This document shows positions 29,337 through 37,772 of a stretch of DNA of 42,823 nt, piece by piece. The position numbers and the translations under genes are program-made. The number at the start of each line of letters is the position of its first letter. Position 1 is the first letter of the stretch. Origin of the DNA: Sphingomonas sp. UBA4766 (GTDB lineage: Bacteria > Pseudomonadota > Alphaproteobacteria > Sphingomonadales > Sphingomonadaceae); assembly GCA_002403415.1 (NCBI GenBank), contig DHHS01000171.1, forward strand, positions 1 to 42,823. Reading direction: 5' to 3'. The notes under the pieces are model-generated. The model did no database searches and had not been told where the DNA came from. It saw only the letters and a list, made by a program, of their open reading frames with translations.

Positions 29337-30307
29337 GGCTCGCCCGGCCCGATCCGCTCCGCCCCCGCGATTGGCGACGGCTTGGCCGCCGCTGGCACTG
29401 CGGGTTCCGCCCGCAGACCAAGCGTGATGAGCAGCGACGATGACACATAGATCGACGAATAAGTGCCGACCACCACGCCCAAAATCATCGCGGCGGTAAA
29501 GGCGCGCAGCACATGCCCGCCGAAAATCAGCAATGCGACCAGCGCAAGCAAAATGGTGAGCGAGGTCATCACCGTACGCGGCAGCGTTTCATTGACGGAC
29601 AAGTCGACAATCTCGCGCATCTCCATCTTGCGATAACGGCGCATATTTTCGCGGATGCGATCGTCGATCACGATCTTGTCGTTGATCGAATAACCGATGA
29701 TGGTCAGCACCGCCGCCACAATATTGAGGTCGAACTCAAATTGCGTGATCGCAAAGAAGCCGAGCGTCATCAGCACGTCGTGGACAATCGCGACGACCGT
29801 TGACACGCCAAACTGCCACTCGAACCGCAAAATCGCAAACAAGCCAATGCCGAGCACCGCCAGCGCAACCGCCAACATCCCCTTCCAGATCAGCTCGTTC
29901 GACACCTTGCCCGACACCGCATCCTGTTTCGAAAAGCGCGCGTCGGGGAATTTCGCGGTGATTGCGGCCTGCACCTTCTTCACAACCGCTTCGGTGGCGC
30001 CCTTGTCCTGACTTTCGGGCGGGGGCAGGCGGATCGACACGGTCTTGCCATCGCCGTAGGGTTGCAGCCGCACTTCGCCCAGCCCCAGATCATCGACGGT
30101 CTTGCGCAGCGTTTCGATCGCAGGGGGATTGGCGAACTTCTCCTCGATCGTCAGCCCGCCGACAAAATCGACGCCCAGGTTGAGCCGGAAAAGCACCACG
30201 CAAATAATCGCCGCAATCGACAACAGCGTCGTCAGCCCAAACGCCCAATAGCGCAACTGGACAAAGGGAAGATTGGTATTGTCGGGGACAAGTTTCAAAA
30301 GCCGCAT
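29333..30307 (-). CDS. secF: Protein translocase subunit SecF
   Basis: LNLGVDFVGG, RFEWQFG, HDV, IGYSINDKIVIDDRIREN and GTYSSIY motifs. Confidence 0.96.
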   Translation of the reverse strand: MRLLKLVPDNTNLPFVQLRYWAFGLTTLLSIAAIICVVLFRLNLGVDFVGGLTIEEKFANPPAIETLRKTVDDLGLGEVRLQPYGDGKTVSIRLPPPESQDKGATEAVVKKVQAAITAKFPDARFSKQDAVSGKVSNELIWKGMLAVALAVLGIGLFAILRFEWQFGVSTVVAIVHDVLMTLGFFAITQFEFDLNIVAAVLTIIGYSINDKIVIDDRIRENMRRYRKMEMREIVDLSVNETLPRTVMTSLTILLALVALLIFGGHVLRAFTAAMILGVVVGTYSSIYVSSSLLITLGLRAEPAVPAAAKPSPIAGAERIGPGEP

Positions 30308-30324
30308 CGGAATTCGCCTACCAA

Positions 30325-31914
30325 TCAGATGTTCAGCGTCGCCGGGCGCACCCGCCGCAACCACAGCACGACCAACATTCGCGTAAAGACGACGGCGGTG
30401 AACACCGACGTCACAATGCCGATCAACAACACCACGGCAAAGCCCTTCACCGGCCCCGATCCCAAAAGCAGCATGATGACGCCTGAAATCGCGTGGGTCA
30501 CATTTGCCTCAAAAATTGTGCGGCTTGCCTCCTTATAACCAAGCTCGACCGATTGGAGGACACTGCGCCCGCGCCGCTGTTCCTCGCGGATGCGCTCGTT
30601 GATCAGCACGTTTGCGTCGACCGCCGTGCCGATGGTCAACACGAACCCGGCAATCCCCGGCAGCGTCAGCGTGCCGCCAATCACCGCCAGCACACCCAGG
30701 ATAATCAGCACGTTAATGACCACCGCGATATTCGCATAGACGCCAAAGCGGCCATAGGTGACCAGCATGAACACAATCACCGCCACCGTCGCGATGATCG
30801 ACGCGGTGATACCGGCGCGAATCGAATCCGCCCCCAGCTCGGGGCCAACGGTGCGCTCCTCCACCACCCGCAGCGCAACCGGCAGCTTGCCCGAACTGAG
30901 CGCGATGGCCAGCTCATTGGCGGACTGGACGGTGAACGACCCCTCGATATACCCCGAACCACCCAGAATCGCGGTGTTGATGCGCGGCGCCGAGATCACC
31001 TGATCATCGACGACGACCGCAAAACGCTTGCCGACATTGTCCTGTGTCACTTTTGCAAATTTGCGCCCGCCCTCGGTATTGAACCCGAATTCGACGATCG
31101 GCGAATTGTCCTCCTGCTTATACGCCTGCCGCGCGGTCAGCAGTTGGTCGCCGGTGATGATCGCGCGGCGCTGCACCACGATCTTCGCGCCCGGCCCGCC
31201 CTCTGGATAAGCGAGCGCCTGCGTGCCAGGGGGCAGGATGCCTCCTTCGGCATAGGGGACTTCGGCGACCATCTTGAACTCAAGCTTGGCGGTCTTGCCC
31301 AGCAAGTCCTTCAGCGCTTGCGGATCCTTCAGGCCCGGTACCTGCACGACGATGCGGTTGGTGCCCTGACGGATGATGGTCGGCTCGCGCGTGCCCAGCT
31401 TGTCGATGCGGGTGCGCACCACGTCGGTCGCGGTCTCCATGGCATCGTTGATCGCTTGCGCGGTGCCCGCTTGCGTCGGCTGCATCACCACCCGCGTGGC
31501 ATCGACGAACGACAAGTCCCAGTCGCGCTGCCCGGTCAGCCCCACCCCCGCGGTCAGCCGGTTGAGCCGCTCGCGCGCCGCCTCCAGCTGCGTCACATCG
31601 CGCAGGAGAAAGCTCAGCTTGCCGCCCTCTGTCGACACATCGCCAATCTGGATGCGCGGCGTGGCACTTCGCATTTCATTGACGATCTGCTCACGCATCG
31701 CCTCCACCCGGGCTTTCACCAGATCATCGGCATTGGCCTCCAGCAGCAAATAGCTGCCGCCCGCCAGGTCGAGCCCGAGGCTGACGCGCGGATGCGGGAA
31801 GCTGCCCCAGCGATCGGTGATACGTTCGGGGAGCAAAGTCGGCACCGCCAGCAGCATCAACGCCACCAGCAAGGCAATGATCGACGTGACTTTCCAGCGC
31901 GGGAAATCGAGCAT
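30325..31914 (-). CDS. secD: Protein translocase subunit SecD
   Basis: LGLDLAGG, RIVVQVPG, TVGPELG, TLTLPGIAG, AVDANVLINERIREE and GPVKGFA motifs. Confidence 0.97.
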   Translation of the reverse strand: MLDFPRWKVTSIIALLVALMLLAVPTLLPERITDRWGSFPHPRVSLGLDLAGGSYLLLEANADDLVKARVEAMREQIVNEMRSATPRIQIGDVSTEGGKLSFLLRDVTQLEAARERLNRLTAGVGLTGQRDWDLSFVDATRVVMQPTQAGTAQAINDAMETATDVVRTRIDKLGTREPTIIRQGTNRIVVQVPGLKDPQALKDLLGKTAKLEFKMVAEVPYAEGGILPPGTQALAYPEGGPGAKIVVQRRAIITGDQLLTARQAYKQEDNSPIVEFGFNTEGGRKFAKVTQDNVGKRFAVVVDDQVISAPRINTAILGGSGYIEGSFTVQSANELAIALSSGKLPVALRVVEERTVGPELGADSIRAGITASIIATVAVIVFMLVTYGRFGVYANIAVVINVLIILGVLAVIGGTLTLPGIAGFVLTIGTAVDANVLINERIREEQRRGRSVLQSVELGYKEASRTIFEANVTHAISGVIMLLLGSGPVKGFAVVLLIGIVTSVFTAVVFTRMLVVLWLRRVRPATLNI

Positions 31915-31922
31915 GGTCCGGC

Positions 31923-32261
31923 TCAGTCGTTGGCGGGCTTGGTGGCGCCGCTGGGCGCGACGGCGGCGATCGTTGCCTTGACCACGCGGACGCGAACCCC
32001 TTGTGCGATTTCGATTTCGGCGACGCGATCATCAACCTTGGTCACTTTGCCGATGATGCCGCCAGCGGTAGTTACCTCATCGCCCTTCTTCACCGCATTG
32101 ACCGCGTTCTGCAGCGCCTTCATCCGCTTTTGCTGCGGGCGGATCATCAGGAAGTAAAAGGCGACAAACACCAGGAACAGCGGCGCAAGGCCGATGATCT
32201 GGGCAGTGGCGTCGCCATTTGCGGCGCCAGCGGTCTGGGCAAAGGCAGGGGATGCGAACAT
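31923..32261 (-). CDS. yajC: Preprotein translocase subunit YajC
   Basis: FYFLMIRPQQKR...KKGDEVTTAGGIIGKV motif; first gene of yajC-secD-secF. Confidence 0.96.
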   Translation of the reverse strand: MFASPAFAQTAGAANGDATAQIIGLAPLFLVFVAFYFLMIRPQQKRMKALQNAVNAVKKGDEVTTAGGIIGKVTKVDDRVAEIEIAQGVRVRVVKATIAAVAPSGATKPAND

Positions 32262-32408
32262 GGGCGTCCTGATCGGGCTGGAATGGCGGCGCCGTTTTGG
32301 CCCGCCTGTCAAGCGCCGCGCGCTATCACGCGGATTGCCATTCTGCAACCAAGGACCGCAACGGGGCTTGCACCGCCCGCGCCACCCGCCTATGCGCCAC
32401 CCTTCGGT

Positions 32409-32485
32409 CGGGACGTAGCGCAGCCTGGTAGCGCATCACACTGGGGGTGTGGGGGTCGCAGGTTCGAATCCTGTCGTCCCGACCA
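32409..32485 (+). tRNA. tRNA-Pro(GGG)
   Basis: CGGGACG...CGTCCCG-A-CCA; anticodon arm TCACA-CTGGGGG-TGTGG; GGTTCGAATCC; TTGCAC-N17-TATGCG promoter upstream. Confidence 0.97.
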
Positions 32486-32528
32486 AAGTTCGCCACGCGG
32501 GCGCCCCAGCCCTCCGGCGAGCCTCCCC

Positions 32529-33443
32529 CTAAGCCGCGTCGCTCATCAACACACGCTGGCGGTATTCTGCGGGCGACAGGCCGACCACCTGGCGGAAGCG
32601 CGTTGAAAAATGCGCGTGCGTGGTAAAACCCGTCTGACGGGCGACATCGGCAATCGCGGTCGATTTGTGGCGTAACAATTCGCGCGCCAGCCCAATACGC
32701 TCCTGCACGACATAGGCATAGGGCGGCATGCCGGTCGCATCCTTGAACGCGCGGACGAAGTGATAGCGGCTATAGCCCGCGACCGCGGCCAATTGCTCAA
32801 GCGTGATCGGCTGGTCGATATGGTCGCGGATATAGGCGCGCACCCGGCGCACAACATGCGGCGCAAGCGACAGGCGGCGATATTGGCAAAACTCGCCGTC
32901 CCAGGTCGATGTCGCGGCCAGCCGCGCGAGCAACGCATCGAAATGGCTGTGGGCGGCAAGCGCCTCATCCCGATTACCGCGCAGCGCGATCAACCGCCCA
33001 AACAGCGCCGCCGCCTCGGGATCAGGCCGGCCGATCGTCTCGGCAAAACTGACCGAGCCGGGATCGCGATCATAGGCCTCCGCTACCAGCTTCGCGAAAT
33101 ATTGGGGGTCGACATAAAGATGCGTGAACCCAATCGGCCCATCGGTCTGCCAGTGATAAACGCTGCCCGCCTCCACCGTGGTGATCGACTCGCGTTGCGC
33201 CTCGACAACGCGACGGCCGCCCGCGCCATCGCGCTGGACGCGCTTTGGCCCGATCTCATGAAGCACCACCATGTGATGATCGAGCGCGGGTTGTTGCATC
33301 ACGGCATCGGTGCCCGACCATGATTGTAGAAAGCCGCCCGGCAAGATCATCGGCGCTGCTGCGGGCTGATCCGCCATGGACTGCGCCCAGCTCCGCCACA
33401 GCCGCGGATCAGTTAAGAACGGACGTTCTTGTGCAGTTACCAT
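32529..33443 (-). CDS. AraC family transcriptional regulator
   Basis: C-terminal double HTH ([30 protein letters not shown]...[24 protein letters not shown]); G-rich SD before ATG 33443. Confidence 0.92.
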   Translation of the reverse strand: MVTAQERPFLTDPRLWRSWAQSMADQPAAAPMILPGGFLQSWSGTDAVMQQPALDHHMVVLHEIGPKRVQRDGAGGRRVVEAQRESITTVEAGSVYHWQTDGPIGFTHLYVDPQYFAKLVAEAYDRDPGSVSFAETIGRPDPEAAALFGRLIALRGNRDEALAAHSHFDALLARLAATSTWDGEFCQYRRLSLAPHVVRRVRAYIRDHIDQPITLEQLAAVAGYSRYHFVRAFKDATGMPPYAYVVQERIGLARELLRHKSTAIADVARQTGFTTHAHFSTRFRQVVGLSPAEYRQRVLMSDAA

Positions 33444-33691
33444 CGACCATCCCCCCGAAGCCACAATCGGAAATGGCGCGCCAATGCCCGTCGGTCAACC
33501 CGCGGAGACCAAGGGACAAAGGAGCAGGACTCCCGATCAATAAACGCGGACTAAGGTCGCTCATTTCGTGGCCGCACGGTCCAGCCCGGCTTATCGCTGC
33601 GGCGGATGCGGCTTGGCCCCGGCGTGCGGGTCACGCTGCCCATTGGCGTATTTCTGATCCTGGCGGCGGTGGATGGCACGGACAAAGCGGT

Positions 33692-35011
33692 TCAATCCTC
33701 GACAATCCGGCTGTGCTTGCCGGTGTCCGGCAGCGCGGCAAAGCCAATCGTCGCCACCGCGATGATCGCCGTCACATACCAGTAAAAGCCCGCCTCCAGC
33801 CCCGCTTGCTTGAACCAGAGCGCGGCATATTCCGCCGTCCCGCCGAAAATCGTGTTGCCGATCGCATAGGGGAGCGCAACGCCCAGCGTGCGGATCTCGG
33901 CCGGGAAAATCTCCGCCTTGATGAGTCCCGAAATCGAGGTGTAGGCGCTGAGCAACACCAGCGGCACCAGCGCGAGCGCAAACGCCGTCTCCCATGTCCG
34001 CGCCGCCGCCAGCGCGCTGAAAATCGGCACGGACACCAACATGCCGCCAATCCCGAACAGCAACAGCATCGGCTTGCGCCCAACCCGGTCCGACAGCGCG
34101 CCGAACAACGGCTGAAGCAGCATGAACACAATCAGCGTCGCGGTGGAAATTTCGGTCGCGGTCTGGCGCTCAAACCCGCTGGTGTTGACCAGAAATTTCT
34201 GAAGATAGGTCGTATAGGCATAAAAGGCGCATGACCCGCCACCGCTGATCGCGACCACGATCAGGAATTCGCGCGGATGCGCCCGCCACAGCGCTAATGC
34301 GCTCGACCGAACGCGGGCACCCAGCTTTTCAAACGCCGCCGTCTCGGCAAGCCCGCTGCGCAGCCAATACACCGCCAACGCCAGCACCGCGCCAATAACA
34401 AAGGCGATGCGCCAGCCCCATGCCTCCATCGCCGTCTCGCTCAGCACGCCGACGAGCAGCAAGGTGACGCCCGACGCCACCAATTGCCCACCAATCAGGG
34501 TAAAATACTGAAAGCTTGCCCAAAAACCACGGTCGCGCCGCGTCGCCATTTCAGAAAGATAGGTGGCGCTCGCCCCATACTCGCCGCCCACCGACAAGCC
34601 CTGCAACATGCGCGCGACGACCAGCAGTGCGGGCGCCAGCACGCCGGCCTGCGCGTAAGTCGGCGCGACCGCGATCAACAGCGAGCCCGCGCACATCAGC
34701 GCCACCGACAGCGCCAGCCCCGCCTTGCGCCCATGGGTATCGCCATAAACCCCCATCCAATAGGCGCCTATGGGCCGCATCAGAAAGCCGACCGCAAAAA
34801 TCGCGGCCGCGCTCAGCAATTGCGCGGTCTGGTCGCTCTTGGGGAAAAAGCTCGGCGCGAAATAGATGGTCAGCACCGAATAGGCATACCAGTCATACCA
34901 TTCGACCAGATTGCCCGCTGACCCTCCCAGGATCGACACAAACCGGTTGCGGGACAGGGGCGTGTGGGACAGGGGCGTGTGGGACGGGGGGGTGCGGGGT
35001 GCCGTGGTCAT
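33692..35011 (-). CDS. MFS metabolite:H+ symporter (KgtP/alpha-ketoglutarate permease-like)
   Basis: GNLVEWYDW, MRPIG, RMLQGLSVGGEYGASATYLSE, WGWRIAF, SDRVGRKP and KAEIFPAEIRTLGV motifs. Confidence 0.93.
   Translation of the reverse strand: MTTAPRTPPSHTPLSHTPLSRNRFVSILGGSAGNLVEWYDWYAYSVLTIYFAPSFFPKSDQTAQLLSAAAIFAVGFLMRPIGAYWMGVYGDTHGRKAGLALSVALMCAGSLLIAVAPTYAQAGVLAPALLVVARMLQGLSVGGEYGASATYLSEMATRRDRGFWASFQYFTLIGGQLVASGVTLLLVGVLSETAMEAWGWRIAFVIGAVLALAVYWLRSGLAETAAFEKLGARVRSSALALWRAHPREFLIVVAISGGGSCAFYAYTTYLQKFLVNTSGFERQTATEISTATLIVFMLLQPLFGALSDRVGRKPMLLLFGIGGMLVSVPIFSALAAARTWETAFALALVPLVLLSAYTSISGLIKAEIFPAEIRTLGVALPYAIGNTIFGGTAEYAALWFKQAGLEAGFYWYVTAIIAVATIGFAALPDTGKHSRIVED
34951..34995. repeat. 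15-bp tandem repeat (two perfect copies plus one degenerate) in the MFS 5' end
   Basis: GGGACAGGGGCGTGT x2 followed by GGGACGGGGGGGTGC; encodes RTPPS-HTPLS-HTPLS. Confidence 0.85.
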
Positions 35012-35102
35012 GCGCGCACCATGCCGATGCACGGGCCGAAGGGAAGCGGTTTGTATGTGCCTGTTGCTTGAGCCGGGCGCGATGATCGCGCATAGCCCGG
35101 CC

Positions 35103-35660
35103 ATGCGCCCGGTTTTCCTCCTGATCCTATCTGTGATGATCGCGGTCGGCGGCTGTTCAGCGGTGGCACCGCCTCCGCCCGCGCGCCCCCTGCCCGCGCC
35201 CGTGCGTCCGGCACTGCCGGTTGCGACGCCGATGCCGCTGCCCGTCAGCGCACCTGCGTCCGCCTATCGCGGCGATTGGCGCGACTGGCCGATGAGCGCC
35301 GGGCTGTGGGTGTATCGCCGCGACGCGCGCGGGTCGATCGCGTTGTTTGGCGCGGCGGGGCGTGACGCGACGGTAACACTGCGCTGCGACCAGGCGGGCA
35401 AGCGGCTGTATCTGTCGCGCCAGGGGAGCATAAGTTCGGCAATCACCCTGCGCACCTCCAGCACAGCGCGCACGCTCGCTCCGTTGCCGACGGGGGGCAC
35501 GCCGCCTTATGTCGCGATCGCGCTTTCGCCGGGCGATCCGCTGCTCGATGCGATCGGGCACAGCCGGGGTCGGTTTGTGATGGAACAACCCGGCACACCA
35601 CCTTTGGTCATTCCGGCACGACCGGAAATCTTGCGCGTGGTGGAGGATTGCCGGGGCTGA
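35103..35660 (+). CDS. Hypothetical lipoprotein with Pro-rich linker
   Basis: Signal with lipobox VGGC, Pro-rich tether, globular domain (DWRDWPMSAGLWVY...DPLLDAIGHSRGRF...EILRVVEDCR); TTGAGC-N17-CATAGC promoter 6 nt before the ATG. Confidence 0.8.
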   Translation: MRPVFLLILSVMIAVGGCSAVAPPPPARPLPAPVRPALPVATPMPLPVSAPASAYRGDWRDWPMSAGLWVYRRDARGSIALFGAAGRDATVTLRCDQAGKRLYLSRQGSISSAITLRTSSTARTLAPLPTGGTPPYVAIALSPGDPLLDAIGHSRGRFVMEQPGTPPLVIPARPEILRVVEDCRG

Positions 35661-35750
35661 TTGGGCAGAGCGCACCAAACGGAACACCATTCTTTGCCGC
35701 AGACCCCCTTCTTTGCTGAAAATGAATTTTAAAACAAGTCTTGTATCGAC

Positions 35751-35775
35751 GAATCACCTGATTCACTAAGGAGTC
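35751..35775. promoter_or_regulatory. Cluster of three GANTC (CcrM) sites, including the palindrome GAATCA-CC-TGATTC, in a putative promoter
   Basis: GAATC 35751, GATTC 35760 and GAGTC 35771; AT-rich tract and TTGTAT (35741) upstream; TAAGGA candidate -10. Confidence 0.55.
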
Positions 35776-35823
35776 GCGCTCAGGCAGAGCGTGCCGTTTC
35801 AACTAGCGAAAGGAGGTGATCCG

Positions 35824-35880
35824 ATGTCTCATGGTTCAGCAAGGGGGTCGGTTCAGTTCGTTCGGGGGACGCGCCGCTGA
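35824..35880 (+). CDS. Putative 18-aa small peptide MSHGSARGSVQFVRGTRR
   Basis: ATG 35824 to TGA 35880, preceded by GAAAGGAGGTGATCC (35808-35822); below the ORF-track size cutoff. Confidence 0.55.
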   Translation: MSHGSARGSVQFVRGTRR

Positions 35881-35989
35881 TCCGCCGGGCCTGGCGGGGG
35901 ATATTTCGCCCCAATCAACGCTAAGGCCCACAGGATTGGCGGTTCGCATGGTCTCCCGGGCTGGAGCATCCGGCCGCTGACCATGTCAG

Positions 35990-36034
35990 GAGGTTGCCGG
36001 GGAGGGGCGTGCGCTCCCCCCGGCAGCCTCTTTT
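35990..36034 (+). terminator. Intrinsic terminator closing the sORF/sRNA unit
   Basis: GAGGTTGCCGGGG...CCCCGGCAGCCTC 13-bp stem (one G-U) followed by TTTTCATTT. Confidence 0.85.
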
Positions 36035-36122
36035 CATTTGAAGCGTCGATGCACATGGCGCGGCTTGCCAGCGCGCCACGCGGCGCTAGGCTGAGCTCAA
36101 ACGACTGGCACAGGGGGATTTG

Positions 36123-37709
36123 ATGCGCGCTTTCATCTACGCCACGGTCATTGTCACCGCGATCATCGGCACCGCCACGGCGTCAGCCCAAACGACACCG
36201 CGCGTCGAGGAAGCGTCGATCACGGAGCTGCGCGCGATGATGGCCCGCGGGACGAGCAGCGCGGCGATCACCCGCGCCTATTTGGCCCGCATTGCCGCGA
36301 TGGATCGCACGGGGCCGACATTGCGATCCGTGATTGCAGTCAACCCCGACGCCATCGCCCAGGCGCAGGCGGCCGACGCCCGGCGCAAGGCCGGCATGTC
36401 GCTTGGCCCGCTCGACGGGATTCCGATCCTTATCAAGGATAATATCGAAACGCTCGATCCCGTGGCGACGACCGCGGGCAGCCTGGCGCTGAAGGACAAT
36501 GTCACCCGCCGCGATGCACCGGTGGTGGCGGAGCTGCGCCGGGCGGGTGCAGTCATCCTGGGCAAGACCAATTTGTCGGAATGGGCCAATATCCGCTCGA
36601 ACAATTCAATCAGCGGGTGGAGCGCGGTCGGCGGGCAGGTGCGCAATCCCTATGCGCTTGACCGGACCCCCTGCGGCTCGTCCAGCGGATCGGGGGCGGC
36701 GATTGCGGCGAGCTTTGCCGCCGCCGCGCTTGGTACCGAAACCGACGGTTCGGTGGTGTGCCCATCGTCGATCAACGGGCTGGTCGGGCTGAAACCGACG
36801 ATTGGCCTGGTCAGCCGCACCCATGTCGTGCCGATCAGCCATAGTCAGGATACGCCGGGTCCCATGGCGCGCAGCGTCATGGACACAGCGATCCTATTTT
36901 CGGCAATGATCGCGACTGACCCTGCCGACCCCGCGACAAAGGATGCAAGCGCGCATCGCGGTGATTACACGCGCACGCTCGCCACCGCGTCGCTCAAGGG
37001 GGTGCGGATCGCGGTGCTGCGACCGCGCATGGGTGATGGGCTGCGCACGTCCTATGAGGCGGCGCTTGACGTGCTTAAGGCGCAAGGAGCCGTGCTGGTC
37101 GAGGCAGAAGCGCCCAAGACCGACGGGCTGGGCGAGGCCGAGTTTGCGGTGTTGCTGAGTGAGTTGAAGGGCGATCTGAACGCCTATCTTGCCACCACGC
37201 CACCGGCGGTCAAAACCCGCACGCTCGCCGATGTCATTGCCTTTAACGAGGCGAACAAGGCCGCCGAAATGCCGTTTTTCGGGCAGGAGACCTTTATCGC
37301 GGCCGAGCGGACGCGCGGGCTGGACGATCCCGAATATCTCGGCGCGCGCGCCAAGTCCAAGCGCCTGGCTGGCGTCGAGGGGATCGACGCCTTGCTCGCC
37401 AAGGCGAATGCCTCGATCATCGTCGCGCCAAGCTATGGCCCCGGCTGGCTGATCGAGCCCGTTTACGGTGACCAATATCAGGGGCCATCGTCGAGCGAAT
37501 TGCCCGCCGTCTCAGGCTATCCAAACCTCACCGTGCCGATGGGGCTGGTAAAGGGCATGCCCGTCGGCTTGTCGTTCATCGGCACCGCTTTCGCCGAGCA
37601 AAAGCTGCTGGAGGCGGGGTATGTCTATGAACAGGCTAGCCGCAAGCGCGTGCCGCCGCGATATCTGCTCACCGCCGATGTCGGGCCAGGCATGGACGGG
37701 GCGCGCTGA
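36123..37709 (+). CDS. Amidase (amidase signature family), exported
   Basis: IKDNI catalytic Lys, GKTNLSEWAN, GSSSGSG, GTETDGS and GLKPT motifs; signal peptide; own TTGCCA-N16-TAGGCT promoter. Confidence 0.94.
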   Translation: MRAFIYATVIVTAIIGTATASAQTTPRVEEASITELRAMMARGTSSAAITRAYLARIAAMDRTGPTLRSVIAVNPDAIAQAQAADARRKAGMSLGPLDGIPILIKDNIETLDPVATTAGSLALKDNVTRRDAPVVAELRRAGAVILGKTNLSEWANIRSNNSISGWSAVGGQVRNPYALDRTPCGSSSGSGAAIAASFAAAALGTETDGSVVCPSSINGLVGLKPTIGLVSRTHVVPISHSQDTPGPMARSVMDTAILFSAMIATDPADPATKDASAHRGDYTRTLATASLKGVRIAVLRPRMGDGLRTSYEAALDVLKAQGAVLVEAEAPKTDGLGEAEFAVLLSELKGDLNAYLATTPPAVKTRTLADVIAFNEANKAAEMPFFGQETFIAAERTRGLDDPEYLGARAKSKRLAGVEGIDALLAKANASIIVAPSYGPGWLIEPVYGDQYQGPSSSELPAVSGYPNLTVPMGLVKGMPVGLSFIGTAFAEQKLLEAGYVYEQASRKRVPPRYLLTADVGPGMDGAR

Positions 37710-37772
37710 ACCCGCGACCCTTGCGACAATTGCCAACCGATTGGTAACATCGGCGTGTTAGGCGCAGTGCCG

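Larger units (their letters stand above)
35775..36035 (+). ncRNA. Putative structured small RNA/sORF transcript, family not recognised
   Basis: 5' hairpin 35775-35793; stem 35874-35883/35933-35942 with inner 35887-35892/35924-35929; stem 35947-35953/35979-35985; terminator 35990-36034. The 5' end is uncertain. Confidence 0.55.

Noticed and set aside
32486-33690. AraC gene as an island inserted at tRNA-Pro
   Set aside because: No integrase, duplicated tRNA 3' end or clear compositional shift seen.
35808-35822. Possible 16S rRNA gene fragment on the minus strand
   Set aside because: The match is limited to 15 nt; the flanks do not continue as 16S (AGCCGCAGGTTCC would be expected after GATCC). 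Better read as an extended SD.
35702-36035. 6S RNA, tmRNA, SRP RNA or RNase P identity for the structured RNA
   Set aside because: No tRNA-like ends or ANDN-type tag peptide, no SRP or RNase P signature seen, and no zapA/5-formyl-THF cyclo-ligase context typical of 6S. An Rfam search is still needed to exclude these formally.
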